64,000 bases of DNA from an uncultured Gammaproteobacteria bacterium (GTDB lineage: Bacteria; Patescibacteriota; Patescibacteriia; UBA9934), in NCBI GenBank assembly GCA_964414795.1, contig CAYPWV010000002.1:5057-69056 (forward strand), read 5' to 3'. The position numbers and the translations under genes are program-made. How positions within the stretch are numbered: position 1 is the first letter of the stretch; each line of letters opens with the position of its first letter. The notes under the pieces were generated by a model, which searched no databases, was not told the origin of the DNA, and worked only from the letters and a program-made list of their open reading frames with translations. Shown here piece by piece: positions 1-9,428 of this stretch.

Positions 1-522
1 CAGTCGGCAAAAAGATGGTCTTATCTTGGGCATCCTTATCCGGTTGGTGGACGTTCTTCTGAAGCTGGGCAAATGACGGGATTCCAGATGGATGCTGACG
101 AGTTTGGCTTTATGCAGAGCCTTTCTAATGAAGAAGTGGTTAAGATGAATGCCTCGCATAATGCCAGACTTGTGCTTTTCAATAGTTGTTTTTCTGCTCG
201 TATGGCCGGAGATGTTTTAGAGGCGAACCCGCACATTCAAGCAACGGTAGGCGTTGCGGGGCCTATGCTCATCGCCTTTGCCGATGATTTTAACCGCATA
301 TTCATGCTGTCTATTAAGCTCACAGGAATAGAAAATGCCGAGATGGGATTTCATTTGGCAACTGAGTCTCTCAAGTTGCTTTATAAACATCGCTATCCCG
401 ATTATAGTGAGCGGTTACCGTGGATTGACCAGATAGATCAGCTGCGTTTCTGTCGGAGAGAAAAAGATCCGCTTCCGCCTTTTCTTGGAGGGCCTTGGCG
501 TCAGAAATCTATTCTCCAATAA
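1..522 (+). CDS. C-terminal fragment of a caspase/CHAT-like peptidase (tentative); the ORF runs off the 5' edge of the window
   Basis: Frame is open from base 1 with no upstream stop. 'LVLFNSCFSARMAG' resembles the catalytic-Cys region of CHAT/caspase-like domains. Assignment from motif only. Confidence 0.3.
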   Translation, partial: QSAKRWSYLGHPYPVGGRSSEAGQMTGFQMDADEFGFMQSLSNEEVVKMNASHNARLVLFNSCFSARMAGDVLEANPHIQATVGVAGPMLIAFADDFNRIFMLSIKLTGIENAEMGFHLATESLKLLYKHRYPDYSERLPWIDQIDQLRFCRREKDPLPPFLGGPWRQKSILQ

Positions 523-1330
523 TAACAGGAACTTTGAGTGCGTCGTCATTCTCAGGAAGTCCGGAAGGGTTATCTTTTTGCAAAACGAGCATTCCTGCAT
601 CGCCAATGATTTGCGGATCTGCGGTAAATGTGATTATTGCTTCAAAGGGAACGAAATTGCTTGTCATCCAATCGCTTTGGGCTTGCGCAATACCTTGTCC
701 GAGCATGTTTCCGTGAGCATCAAGAAGGTAAATAGGGAAGCTTGCTTCAAAAAACCAAGAACCACGTGCTTTTCCGGTGATGAGCAGGGGACTGTTGACT
801 GTAGTATTGGTTAGTGGTGAATTGAGGATAATCTTATCCGCATATTCATCGGTAACTTCAGACCAGATCACCTGTTTCATACCGGGTATCTGGAGAATAT
901 TCACTTCGACTTGCGGTTTGCAGCTGCACATACTCACAGACATACCCGCCCAAGCATCTATAGGAGAAATAATAACGATGCCGTCTTTTTCCGTAAACGT
1001 TGTTTGGCTCATAACCGTATGGCACATGCCTGTAGTTGAGGCATCAATTGTTGCGCGAATGATTTCTTCGGTACTTGGATTTGATTTTGCGATAATGCCG
1101 GTATTTTGTACGGTCAGCGATGCGCGATAGCCGGTGCTATTCATATTTTCTCCGTTACAGTACGCCGTTGTTTCTGACGGTGAGGTAAGATAGGTGAATG
1201 TGTATTCTTGTGAATTAGGTGCTGGGACGATAGGGGCTTTTGTTGCGTCATAAAGAGACGCTCCGTACAAACAACCCCCAAGAACAACAAAAAGCGCAAG
1301 TGCGATAAGGATATTTTTCTTCATATCCAT
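509..1330 (-). CDS. secreted or membrane-anchored hypothetical protein (273 aa)
   Basis: N-terminal 'MKKNILIALALFVVLGGC' signal/anchor. Ser/Thr-rich mature part. Long ORF. Confidence 0.5.
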   Translation of the reverse strand: MDMKKNILIALALFVVLGGCLYGASLYDATKAPIVPAPNSQEYTFTYLTSPSETTAYCNGENMNSTGYRASLTVQNTGIIAKSNPSTEEIIRATIDASTTGMCHTVMSQTTFTEKDGIVIISPIDAWAGMSVSMCSCKPQVEVNILQIPGMKQVIWSEVTDEYADKIILNSPLTNTTVNSPLLITGKARGSWFFEASFPIYLLDAHGNMLGQGIAQAQSDWMTSNFVPFEAIITFTADPQIIGDAGMLVLQKDNPSGLPENDDALKVPVIIGE

Positions 1331-1605
1331 TATCGTACTCTCTTTTGAGAAAAGAATGCTATATTTTTCTGCTGTCGTAAGCCCAGTGGAGAACAGCTTG
1401 TCTTTGCGCAGGACGACACATGAAGTCTTTCGCCTGACAATTCTTTCTGATTTGTGTTATGTGTCTGGCAATAGCTTTCCATCGTTTTATTTGCCGTTCA
1501 TCTTCGGTGCCGAGTCGCCTTCCCACATAGTAGCGGCAGTACCACTGGAACCAACAACCGTGTAACCCTTTTGAAAAGTGTCATGTACGGTGATGGTCTT
1601 TTTTC

Positions 1606-2094
1606 TCATACGTTTAATATCCAAATCGAATAATTGAGATATGCGGCAAAGCTGACCCACAGAATATAGGGTACCAGGAGCCATGCGGCGAGTTTGGAGA
1701 CTTTTGCAAAAGTGACGATGGTTGCCGCAATTGCAAGCCAGAGGAACACGATTTCCACAAGCGCACCACGAGGACTTTGTAAGCCGAAGAAGATAATTGA
1801 CCAAAGAGTGTTGAATACGAGTTGCATTCCAAATAAAGCGAGCCCAATCTTGATTGTTTTCTTTTTATCCTCCGAAGCTTTAGCGTAGGAAGACCAGATC
1901 AAAAATGCGGCAATGCCCATAAGTGCAAACAGTGTCGTCCAGACCGGTCCGAACACCCACGCCGGAGGATTGATGGCTGGTTTTGTAATTCCCGCATACC
2001 ATCCTGTAACGGAGGGCGTTGTAAACACCGAACCGATTATTCCGGCAAGTTCTGAAATGGCAATAGCGATGATGAGCTTAAAAATATTTTTCAT
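1606..2094 (-). CDS. tspO: TspO/MBR family tryptophan-rich sensory protein
   Basis: 'GWYAGITKPAINPPAWVFGPVWTTLFALMGIAAFLIW' and multiple TM/Trp motifs typical of TspO. Start chosen at the internal Met (MKNIFK); the ORF extends to 2133. Confidence 0.7.
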   Translation of the reverse strand: MKNIFKLIIAIAISELAGIIGSVFTTPSVTGWYAGITKPAINPPAWVFGPVWTTLFALMGIAAFLIWSSYAKASEDKKKTIKIGLALFGMQLVFNTLWSIIFFGLQSPRGALVEIVFLWLAIAATIVTFAKVSKLAAWLLVPYILWVSFAAYLNYSIWILNV

Positions 2095-2120
2095 GTGCAT
2101 TGAAGATGTTGATGCATCTA

Positions 2121-3878
2121 TTATAGCGGCCAATCGACGGGGAGTGTGCCGGTGAAGGGATAATCACCAAAAAGAACGTCTGTGATACCACCGCCTTCGC
2201 TTCCCGGTAGCCAAGCAGCGACAACGGCATCCCACGAATTAATGTATGGACGGATATCGAGCGGTCGTCCAGAAACAATAATAACAACAATTTTCTTGCT
2301 GATTGCCTGTACGTTTTGAATTGCTTGTAGATCTTCTGCGGAGAGTTCAGGGTGTGCATTGTCGCCAACGCCTTCGGCATAGGGCGCTTCGCCAACGATG
2401 ACGATGCCAATATCAGCACGTTCGTTGCGCACAGAAAAAAGTGCCGTTTCGCTGTACTCAATGACGGTGTTGTCACTGACGGCATCTTTAATTCCGTTAA
2501 GAATGGTCGTGCCGGGGATCCAGTTTCCGTCGATACCTTGCCATTCTATGGTCCATCCGCCAGATTGACGTCCAAGATTATTCGCTGACGACCCGGCGAT
2601 GACAATATGTGACAAGTTTTTGCTGAGAGGAAGTGTATTTGCGTCTTTTAAAAGGACTATCGACTTTTGTACAGCCTCGCGCGCAACGGTGCGATGGTTG
2701 GAAGAACCAATGGTGAGCAGCTCCTCGTTTTCGACAGGTTCAGTATCAAAGAGTCCGGTTGAGAACTTTGCACGAAGGATTCGTCGCGTTGCATCGTCCA
2801 ATCGCTCGTGCGAGATCGCGCCCGAATCAAGCGCACGTTCCATAGATGTTGTGAATGTTTGATAGTCGAAAGGAAGCATAACCATATCTACTCCAGCGTT
2901 GATAGCGGTAACGACGGCAAGATATGCATCGCTCGATATTTCGTTCACGCCATTCCAATCAGAAACGACGAAACCCGTAAATCCCAGTTCGTTCTTGAGG
3001 ACGTCTGTTAAAAGGTAATGATTCGCTGAAAGCTCAATACCATTCCATGAAACGTGACCAACCATGACACTTTTCACGCCAGCGTCAATTACTGCGGCAA
3101 ATGGGGGGAGATGCACTGCTCGCATGGTTGCTTCGTCAAGAAAAGTCGTGCCCTGATCAATGTGGAAATCTGGATTTGTGGAAGTTCCCCAAGTCATCGC
3201 ACCTGTCCCAAGATAATGCTTGGCAGTTCCCATAACAGCTTTTGACTGGAGACCCGTTAAATACGCAACGCTCAGTTCACTGACTGCGGCAGAGTTTGAA
3301 CCAAATGTTTCATAGGTTCGACCCCAACGAGTATCGTCAACAACATCAACGTTTGGTGAAAAGCTCCAATTCACACCGGTGGCCGAAATTTCCTGTGCAG
3401 TGATCTCACCGATGCGACGAACGAGATCCGGGTCATGAGTTGCTCCCAGCCCTAACGCATGAGGAAATATTGTCGCGCTAAGGACGTTGGTATGGCCGTG
3501 CACTGCATCAACGCCGTACAGGAGAGGGATTCCTAGTCGACTTTTTTGTGCGGCATGTTGAAAATCGTTGACCATGGTGAGCCATCCCTCTGGGGTATTT
3601 TGATCCGGATTGCCTCCACCTCCACTCAAAAGCGCACCAATTCCATATTTGGCAATGTCTGATGTATCTTTAATGCTATTTTTTTCAACCAACGCAAGTT
3701 GACCAATTTTTTCATTCGTCGTCATGCGACCAAGGAGATCTTCAACGCGTACATCAATAGAGAGCGATGCATCGCGGTAAGGAGCGTGAAGAAGTCGCGA
3801 GGCATTTTTCGCAGAAAAGAACAGCCCCGTTGCAACGGCTATAACAAACACTATGGGCAATATGTATGGACGCAACAC
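2121..3878 (-). CDS. glycoside hydrolase family 3 (beta-glucosidase / beta-N-acetylhexosaminidase-like)
   Basis: 'GFTGFVVSDWNGV', the 'GIPLLYGVDAVHGH' N-terminal GH3 domain, and a C-terminal GH3 domain. N-terminal TM anchor. Confidence 0.8.
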   Translation of the reverse strand: MLRPYILPIVFVIAVATGLFFSAKNASRLLHAPYRDASLSIDVRVEDLLGRMTTNEKIGQLALVEKNSIKDTSDIAKYGIGALLSGGGGNPDQNTPEGWLTMVNDFQHAAQKSRLGIPLLYGVDAVHGHTNVLSATIFPHALGLGATHDPDLVRRIGEITAQEISATGVNWSFSPNVDVVDDTRWGRTYETFGSNSAAVSELSVAYLTGLQSKAVMGTAKHYLGTGAMTWGTSTNPDFHIDQGTTFLDEATMRAVHLPPFAAVIDAGVKSVMVGHVSWNGIELSANHYLLTDVLKNELGFTGFVVSDWNGVNEISSDAYLAVVTAINAGVDMVMLPFDYQTFTTSMERALDSGAISHERLDDATRRILRAKFSTGLFDTEPVENEELLTIGSSNHRTVAREAVQKSIVLLKDANTLPLSKNLSHIVIAGSSANNLGRQSGGWTIEWQGIDGNWIPGTTILNGIKDAVSDNTVIEYSETALFSVRNERADIGIVIVGEAPYAEGVGDNAHPELSAEDLQAIQNVQAISKKIVVIIVSGRPLDIRPYINSWDAVVAAWLPGSEGGGITDVLFGDYPFTGTLPVDWPL

Positions 3879-4040
3879 GATACTATTGAGTTTAGAAAAT
3901 CTTTACCGTGAGCGTATACTCATGTGTTCGTTCTGTATAGTTTGCAACGTGTACGATAGTCATCCAAAAAAAACATAAAACCTATACCATTTCTAATATC
4001 GGTTCCATGTGCCGTGAACCCATAAATTCATTTTGAGGCT

Positions 4041-4112
4041 AAAACAAAACAAAAAAATCTCTCGAGTCTGTTTGCGATCAATTTCATGATCCTGAGCGGA
4101 CTTGAGAGATTT
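4041..4112 (-). terminator. rho-independent terminator-like stem-loop for the minus-strand gene 4303..4953
   Basis: Arms 4056..4069 'aaatctctcgagtc' and 4099..4112 'gacttgagagattt' are inverted, with 1 mismatch. They are flanked by an A-run on the plus strand, i.e. a U-run downstream on the minus transcript. Confidence 0.4.
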
Positions 4113-4302
4113 TGTTTTTATTGGAGTTTATCGATTTCCAAATTTCTTTTTTACAATTTCAATTTTACCTATCGCACTATTCGTTCACATTTTTGTCGAA
4201 TATTAGCGGTGAAATGAATTTATGGGTTCACGGCATGTGGTTCCGAATAGTGAACGGGTTCAGAGCGGTGAATTGGAAAGGGTGGAAGACCGCCTTGCCG
4301 CA

Positions 4303-4953
4303 TCATTTATCAGAAATCAACATTGCAGCGGCAGTATTTTGAAAATCTAAATTTGCAAGATACAAATCCTCCTGAATACCGTTGAGGCCAAAAATATCTC
4401 TGAAACCTTTACAATCAAGACATATACTGATTTCAAAAATGCACAAAGCCGTGGCCTCGGTCATGATTCTATTATTTCTTTGGTCGCCATCATTCAGAAA
4501 CCCAAGCGTTATAGATAAAATATTTGGATGGGCTAGGTTACTCAGCCATTTATAAACTTTTTTAAAAGATTCTTTGTCACCAATCCAAGGTGGCACGCTC
4601 GGTCTTTTATCGGACGTCTTATGATTTCCCCATTTTTGCAAACTCGATTTACCCGAATACGTGGCAAATTGGGTAATCTTGTTTGCTTGATCTGTTGGAT
4701 CTGACAAGAAATAGAAATTCAGTAGCATTTCATGGTTATATCGTTGCAGAAGAGCAAATATTAAAGGATCTTCGAGTGATAATAAAGCGTAAAGATTTGA
4801 TCGAAATCTCCTAAGAAATATTCTGTAAATTTGTTTTACATCTAGGTCATCGGGGATATTGATGGTGGATGATGACCCTTCTTCAATGAGCGTAATATAC
4901 TTATCTAGGTGCGAAATAAAATCTTTTAATATTTTTTGATGATGGATTTCCAT
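4303..4953 (-). CDS. hypothetical protein (216 aa)
   Basis: Long ORF. Contains 'KWLSNLAHPN', loosely reminiscent of HEPN/Abi-type motifs (K instead of R). No confident family. Confidence 0.45.
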   Translation of the reverse strand: MEIHHQKILKDFISHLDKYITLIEEGSSSTINIPDDLDVKQIYRIFLRRFRSNLYALLSLEDPLIFALLQRYNHEMLLNFYFLSDPTDQANKITQFATYSGKSSLQKWGNHKTSDKRPSVPPWIGDKESFKKVYKWLSNLAHPNILSITLGFLNDGDQRNNRIMTEATALCIFEISICLDCKGFRDIFGLNGIQEDLYLANLDFQNTAAAMLISDK

Positions 4954-5016
4954 AGTGGTTAGGACTCATCTTTTTTCTAGCATAAAACAAAACTCGAACC
5001 ATTTTTAGTTTAAGTC

Positions 5017-5250
5017 TTACTTCTTTATCCAAATTTCTTTTTCAATTCCTGATTGAACGATAATACTCTTTAATGTACGAGGCTTGATAGCATGTGTGCC
5101 GTGAAAGGGAACGCACACTTGTCGGAATAAATCGTTTGCATTTCTTACGTAGAAGTAATGACTGCCATGTGTGTGATTGAGAACAAAGTGATGATTTTTA
5201 AGAAAACGTACGACATCTTCAGCAGTCCAATTGAAAATTCCCTTGGTCAT
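5017..5250 (-). CDS. hicA: HicA-like toxin (YcfA/HicA mRNA interferase family)
   Basis: 77 aa. 'GSHYFY...VPFHGTHAIKPRTLKSIIVQSGI' matches the HicA dsRBD-like core (GSH...PxH...IKxGTL..I). Confidence 0.55.
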   Translation of the reverse strand: MTKGIFNWTAEDVVRFLKNHHFVLNHTHGSHYFYVRNANDLFRQVCVPFHGTHAIKPRTLKSIIVQSGIEKEIWIKK

Positions 5251-5253
5251 ACA

Positions 5254-5595
5254 TTACGCAGCAACGAGTGTTTGACGTGCAAGAGCGTTGCAAATATCCA
5301 TCCGACCTGACGCGTATACATTCGTTTGTTTCTTAACGGGTGACGTTTCAAGACTTTCCCACATTTTTTCGTATTCTTTATCAGGTTGTTGATTGAGAAT
5401 ATGAGGACGAGCTTTTATTTTTTGTGCAGATGCCAAATAACCTTGCGTTGCTTCAAAAAGAAGAAGAAGTGCTTCTTCGGGAGTGTCACCAGATTCTACA
5501 ATATTAAACTCCAAACAAACCCCATACCATACATCGTCTTCGCGAAATACAATGTATCGTACGCTTCCCTGATGAAGGGTATTTTTTTGTCGCAT
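5254..5595 (-). CDS. hicB: HicB-like antitoxin (RNase H-like fold; UPF0150)
   Basis: 113 aa immediately upstream, with a 3-nt gap to hicA. 'YIVFREDDVWYGVCLEFNIVESGDTPEEAL' resembles the HicB N-terminal domain. Confidence 0.5.
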   Translation of the reverse strand: MRQKNTLHQGSVRYIVFREDDVWYGVCLEFNIVESGDTPEEALLLLFEATQGYLASAQKIKARPHILNQQPDKEYEKMWESLETSPVKKQTNVYASGRMDICNALARQTLVAA

Positions 5596-5629
5596 ATCAG
5601 TCAGAATACAATGTTCAGATGATTTGGTA

Positions 5630-5932
5630 TTATTTATCCTTAAAATAATACCCGCTTATTACACCGACGAATGGTCCGAGAATTCCTGCGTAAGTAGCGA
5701 GAAAGTTCAACGTATCAATTCTTAATGTTTCAGTTGCGTATAGGTTATAAATTGGTGCACCAATCAAGATTACTCCAATTCCCGTCAAGAAAAACAGAAT
5801 GATGTATTTAGCGATTGTAGCTCTGAATGTAATCCCAAACTTTTCAGGATCGAATGATTCAATCTGGTCATTTGAAACTGAAACATTTCCTCCAAATACA
5901 TCAATCGCTTCCTTTCGTTCGGTATCAAGCAT
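5630..5932 (-). CDS. small membrane protein (100 aa)
   Basis: Two hydrophobic segments. Confidence 0.4.
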   Translation of the reverse strand: MLDTERKEAIDVFGGNVSVSNDQIESFDPEKFGITFRATIAKYIILFFLTGIGVILIGAPIYNLYATETLRIDTLNFLATYAGILGPFVGVISGYYFKDK

Positions 5933-6215
5933 AATGTCCGTGAATCACCCAAACGTCCCCATCTTTTGTCATTGCAAGTTCACGTCCGACATATTCAAAA
6001 ATATCAATCCCACCAAATTCAATCCCGCGACGAAATTTCACGCCTGGTCCAAATTCAATGCCACCAAGTCGTATTCTTGCCTTAGGCTCAAGAGTTCCAT
6101 CAGGGTGTGAATTGAATATTTGGTTGAAGTTAATTCTCAAGTATTCAGGCATATCGATAAAACTATAGTACTCTAAATTTAGGTCGCATTTTTTATGCCT
6201 AGCGTTGCTCCACAA
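5925..6215 (-). CDS. hypothetical protein. The track start appears to be a TTG codon
   Basis: The ORF track gives M at 6215, but the plus-strand triplet is 'caa' (TTG on minus). Confidence 0.3.
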   Translation of the reverse strand: MWSNARHKKCDLNLEYYSFIDMPEYLRINFNQIFNSHPDGTLEPKARIRLGGIEFGPGVKFRRGIEFGGIDIFEYVGRELAMTKDGDVWVIHGHYA

Positions 6216-6395
6216 TTCTCACAGTAAAAGATTTCAATCCAATTCAAATCCATTTGGCTTAAACTTACATCTTTTTGTTTGTAGCCTAAATTAACTCCGT
6301 TGATCACCGCACCGCATTTTCCGCAAATCGGTTCCATATTTCTTAATTAAATCGATCAGCAGCTCACCAATTGCTTGATGCTCTAGTGACCGACC

Positions 6396-7058
6396 GTGTC
6401 TATTTTACGAGACACTGTCGTTCATGGCTCGGCGGGCGGATCTCGAACTCACTTTCCATCAATGATTGAGGGGTCTTTTGAGGGGGTCGAACTGGCACCT
6501 GGGTCTCATCAAGGTGAGACATTTGAGACAGTACAGAGGGGGTCTGTCTCACGCAAAAACAGCGAATCTAAAGGGATTTTAACAAATATGCAAACACGAA
6601 CAGGACACGAACAAAATCGAAGATTTACGGATGAAGAGATCGGGCAATTCGTGAGATTCGGCGAGTTACTCGAGGGCATTCACCGGCGACTTGAGGGATG
6701 GAAAGAACGGCTCAAAACTGAACCTGATGGCTTTCCGATAACCTACGGAATTTACGACTGCAACCTATGTCGCCGATCCATGAGAGATAACGAGGGTTGG
6801 TACGACCGGTATGGTCTCAAGTGTCCGCTATGCCGAAAGGCGGTCGACGAAGGTATCGTCCCGGGATCGGCAGTCCTCGATGATAAGACATGGTTTTCAG
6901 TTACTCAGTTATCGACGAAATACGGATGGCATCACACGACGGTTCAGGCGAAAGCGCGAAGTGGCGAGTTGAAAGCAAGGGTTGTTAGAAATGCTGATGG
7001 CAGACCGTACTTTTATGTATTTCTGAAGGAAGAGAATCCAAGCCTGGATTCTGAGTGA
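6396..7058 (+). CDS. hypothetical protein with a Cys-rich (zinc-finger-like) segment
   Basis: 'CNLCRRS...KCPLCRK' has two CxxC pairs. Its stop abuts the convergent recombinase stop (7056-7061). Confidence 0.45.
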   Translation: MSILRDTVVHGSAGGSRTHFPSMIEGSFEGVELAPGSHQGETFETVQRGSVSRKNSESKGILTNMQTRTGHEQNRRFTDEEIGQFVRFGELLEGIHRRLEGWKERLKTEPDGFPITYGIYDCNLCRRSMRDNEGWYDRYGLKCPLCRKAVDEGIVPGSAVLDDKTWFSVTQLSTKYGWHHTTVQAKARSGELKARVVRNADGRPYFYVFLKEENPSLDSE

Positions 7059-8378
7059 TTACTGGACGACTGATTCCTCTTCCTGTTGCTCGGAAGGCAA
7101 AAGACGAAACTTCTTGTGCGTATAAACGAGGCGGCTCCGCAAATGCCCGAGGAGTTCGCGCTTTTCGGTCTTGGAGCCGTCCATGAGGACGTACTTGGCG
7201 TATGCCCGAATATTCAGCTCGATTTCTTCCGCTTTGAGATCCGTGGGCTTGCCCAGAACGTGATTTAAAAACTTGCCGTATCGGGTGACCTCTTCGTCAA
7301 ATTTATAACGAATGCCAAGCTCGTCTATTTCTGCGGTGTCGATGATACCGACTAGCTCCTTGATCAACTCCTCCTCGCGAATATAGCTATTTTTGCAAAA
7401 TCGATCCCGCCCACGACTGCACCCGTAATAAATGTAATGAGCCATTGTGCCATCACTTAGTTTCTTCACCTTGTCCTCGGCAACAATGCCAGATCCGCAA
7501 AGACCACAGGTAAAAAGACGGACAAAAGAAAACTCCTTCACACTTCGCTTGGTTTGAATACGATGAAGTCGATCCTGAACCTTTTGAAACAACGCCTTCG
7601 TAATGATTGGCTCATGCTTGCCCGTATGCCACTTACCGCTTTTCTTGGGATGCTCAAATCGCCCGTAGTAAAAAGGATTATTCAGCGTTCTTTGAACGCT
7701 ACTGTGGGCGAAAACCTTTCCGTGATGCGAGCGAAACCCGATATCCTTCAGCCACTGGTAAATATTCCTCGTACTCATGCGATTATTAGCCACCTTCTCG
7801 AACATCTGTTTGATGGTAGGTGCTCGACTGGTATCGATGATCACTTCGCACTTTTTATCCGTACGATTTTGGTTGAGGTAGCCAATAGGCGCAGGACCCG
7901 GCCATAATCCAGCCTGGACACGCGAACGGATACCGCGTTTTACGTTTACGCTTCGGTTGTCGTTCTCCAATTTTGCCTGACTGCCAAGAATCATGAGCAG
8001 GAATTTCTCGTTGGGTGAATTCGTAAAACGCTGGTTGAATGTCCGAATATCAATAAGTTTTCCCGCATCCATCAAATCAACAAGCGCACCCAAATCACCA
8101 GCATTGCGGCTTAAGCGATCGGTCGCCCAGGTAAGAATGCCGCCAAACTTGCCGAAACGAACATCATTGATCAGCTCGTTGAAAATCGGTCTGTCTCCCC
8201 GCGACTTTGCGGAACGGCTTTCACGCTTTATCTCCTTGATGCTTAAGCCTTCGCGCTCGGCGAGTTTCTGCATCTCTTTGATTTGGGAATCGATGGAAAG
8301 AGATTGACGCTCCTCCGATTCGCTACTTTTTCGCGCATAGAGACAGTATGCAATTGGCTTTTGCACTTTTTCTTGCAT
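7059..8378 (-). CDS. large serine recombinase (resolvase/invertase catalytic domain + recombinase domain + zinc ribbon)
   Basis: 'YCLYARKSSESEERQSLSIDSQ' catalytic-Ser region. 'GILTWATDRLSRNAGD'. C-terminal 'CGLCGSG...YYGCSRG' Zn ribbon. Start set at the internal ATG (MQEKVQ..., 8376-8378 'cat'). Confidence 0.85.
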   Translation of the reverse strand: MQEKVQKPIAYCLYARKSSESEERQSLSIDSQIKEMQKLAEREGLSIKEIKRESRSAKSRGDRPIFNELINDVRFGKFGGILTWATDRLSRNAGDLGALVDLMDAGKLIDIRTFNQRFTNSPNEKFLLMILGSQAKLENDNRSVNVKRGIRSRVQAGLWPGPAPIGYLNQNRTDKKCEVIIDTSRAPTIKQMFEKVANNRMSTRNIYQWLKDIGFRSHHGKVFAHSSVQRTLNNPFYYGRFEHPKKSGKWHTGKHEPIITKALFQKVQDRLHRIQTKRSVKEFSFVRLFTCGLCGSGIVAEDKVKKLSDGTMAHYIYYGCSRGRDRFCKNSYIREEELIKELVGIIDTAEIDELGIRYKFDEEVTRYGKFLNHVLGKPTDLKAEEIELNIRAYAKYVLMDGSKTEKRELLGHLRSRLVYTHKKFRLLPSEQQEEESVVQ

Positions 8379-8385
8379 ACCGATT

Positions 8386-8712
8386 CTATTTCTTCTTTGG
8401 TTTTGGCGTGGGTAAATTTTTTTCAGTAATGACGACGAGCTTCGAAAGCCACTCACGATTTTCCAGCAAGTCCCCATGTATTTCCATTGATGCCTTTGCT
8501 CCTGGATACGCAAAACCTTCCTTGTAGTCCTCGCCAACAAACTGTTTTCCAGCATCCGTAATCTTAATGAAGAGCGCATCATCGCAGATTAATCCGACAA
8601 CTTTGTGAGATACATACAGGGCGTACTCGCCAAACATTTTCTTGGCTTCGATGGTAGGTAGATCAGCTAACTGATCAAGAATGTAATCCACAGTTGACTG
8701 TTTTGTTGGCAT
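8386..8712 (-). CDS. TfoX N-terminal domain protein
   Basis: 'KKMFGEYALYVSHKVVGLICDDALFIK' matches the TfoX_N consensus (MFGG.glY.dgkmFalv.dd.LylK). Confidence 0.5.
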   Translation of the reverse strand: MPTKQSTVDYILDQLADLPTIEAKKMFGEYALYVSHKVVGLICDDALFIKITDAGKQFVGEDYKEGFAYPGAKASMEIHGDLLENREWLSKLVVITEKNLPTPKPKKK

Positions 8713-8733
8713 ACGGATGAAGAAAAACCAGAA

Positions 8734-9426
8734 CTAACTCACAATATATTCGCGGATGAGTATCTTTGCGTACTCTTCTCCGGAATGAATGATCATTTTT
8801 TTGGCGAATACCAGATGGATAGAATAGATGATTCCAAGAGCAATCGACGTTCGCAAAGCTGACCCATCAGGATAAAGCCATGCAAAAACAATAACGCTTA
8901 CCGCTGATGCGAACAACGAAATAATTGACCCTCCGGCGAGGTTCCTCCAGAAACCATATTCTGCATTGTGCTGACCGATGAGGTGCCCCTTTTTCATTTT
9001 TCCGCAGATGCAGGATACCGCCTCACAAATAGTCTTGCGGGAGTGGACGGAGTCAGATTGTTCGGCTTCAATGCTTGGAATTTGAATATTGAAGTCCGAC
9101 AAGATTTTTCCATGCACCTTTTCTGTGAAATCACTTGTAAAAAAGTCGTTGAGATGCAACAGGAAATTTGTCGTCGGCATGTTCAGTCCATTGTTAAACA
9201 TTCTCTTCTGGTACAGTTCTTTTGATAAATACTTTGCCAGTTGCACGAATAGATACAATAGAACGAGAGGAATCGTAATATCAGAAACGAACTGGAGTCC
9301 GAAGATACTGTCAACAAGATCACCGATCAGTGGTCGCAAAGCGCGAAAATATAGTACAAGGAACGGAATGACACCGAGGATACCTGGGAATATTCGCGCG
9401 ACGAGTGTATATGCATCTGGTTTCAT
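8734..9426 (-). CDS. hypothetical membrane protein
   Basis: Several TM helices. Start placed at MKPDAY; the ORF extends to 9477. Confidence 0.4.
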   Translation of the reverse strand: MKPDAYTLVARIFPGILGVIPFLVLYFRALRPLIGDLVDSIFGLQFVSDITIPLVLLYLFVQLAKYLSKELYQKRMFNNGLNMPTTNFLLHLNDFFTSDFTEKVHGKILSDFNIQIPSIEAEQSDSVHSRKTICEAVSCICGKMKKGHLIGQHNAEYGFWRNLAGGSIISLFASAVSVIVFAWLYPDGSALRTSIALGIIYSIHLVFAKKMIIHSGEEYAKILIREYIVS

Positions 9427-9428
9427 AT

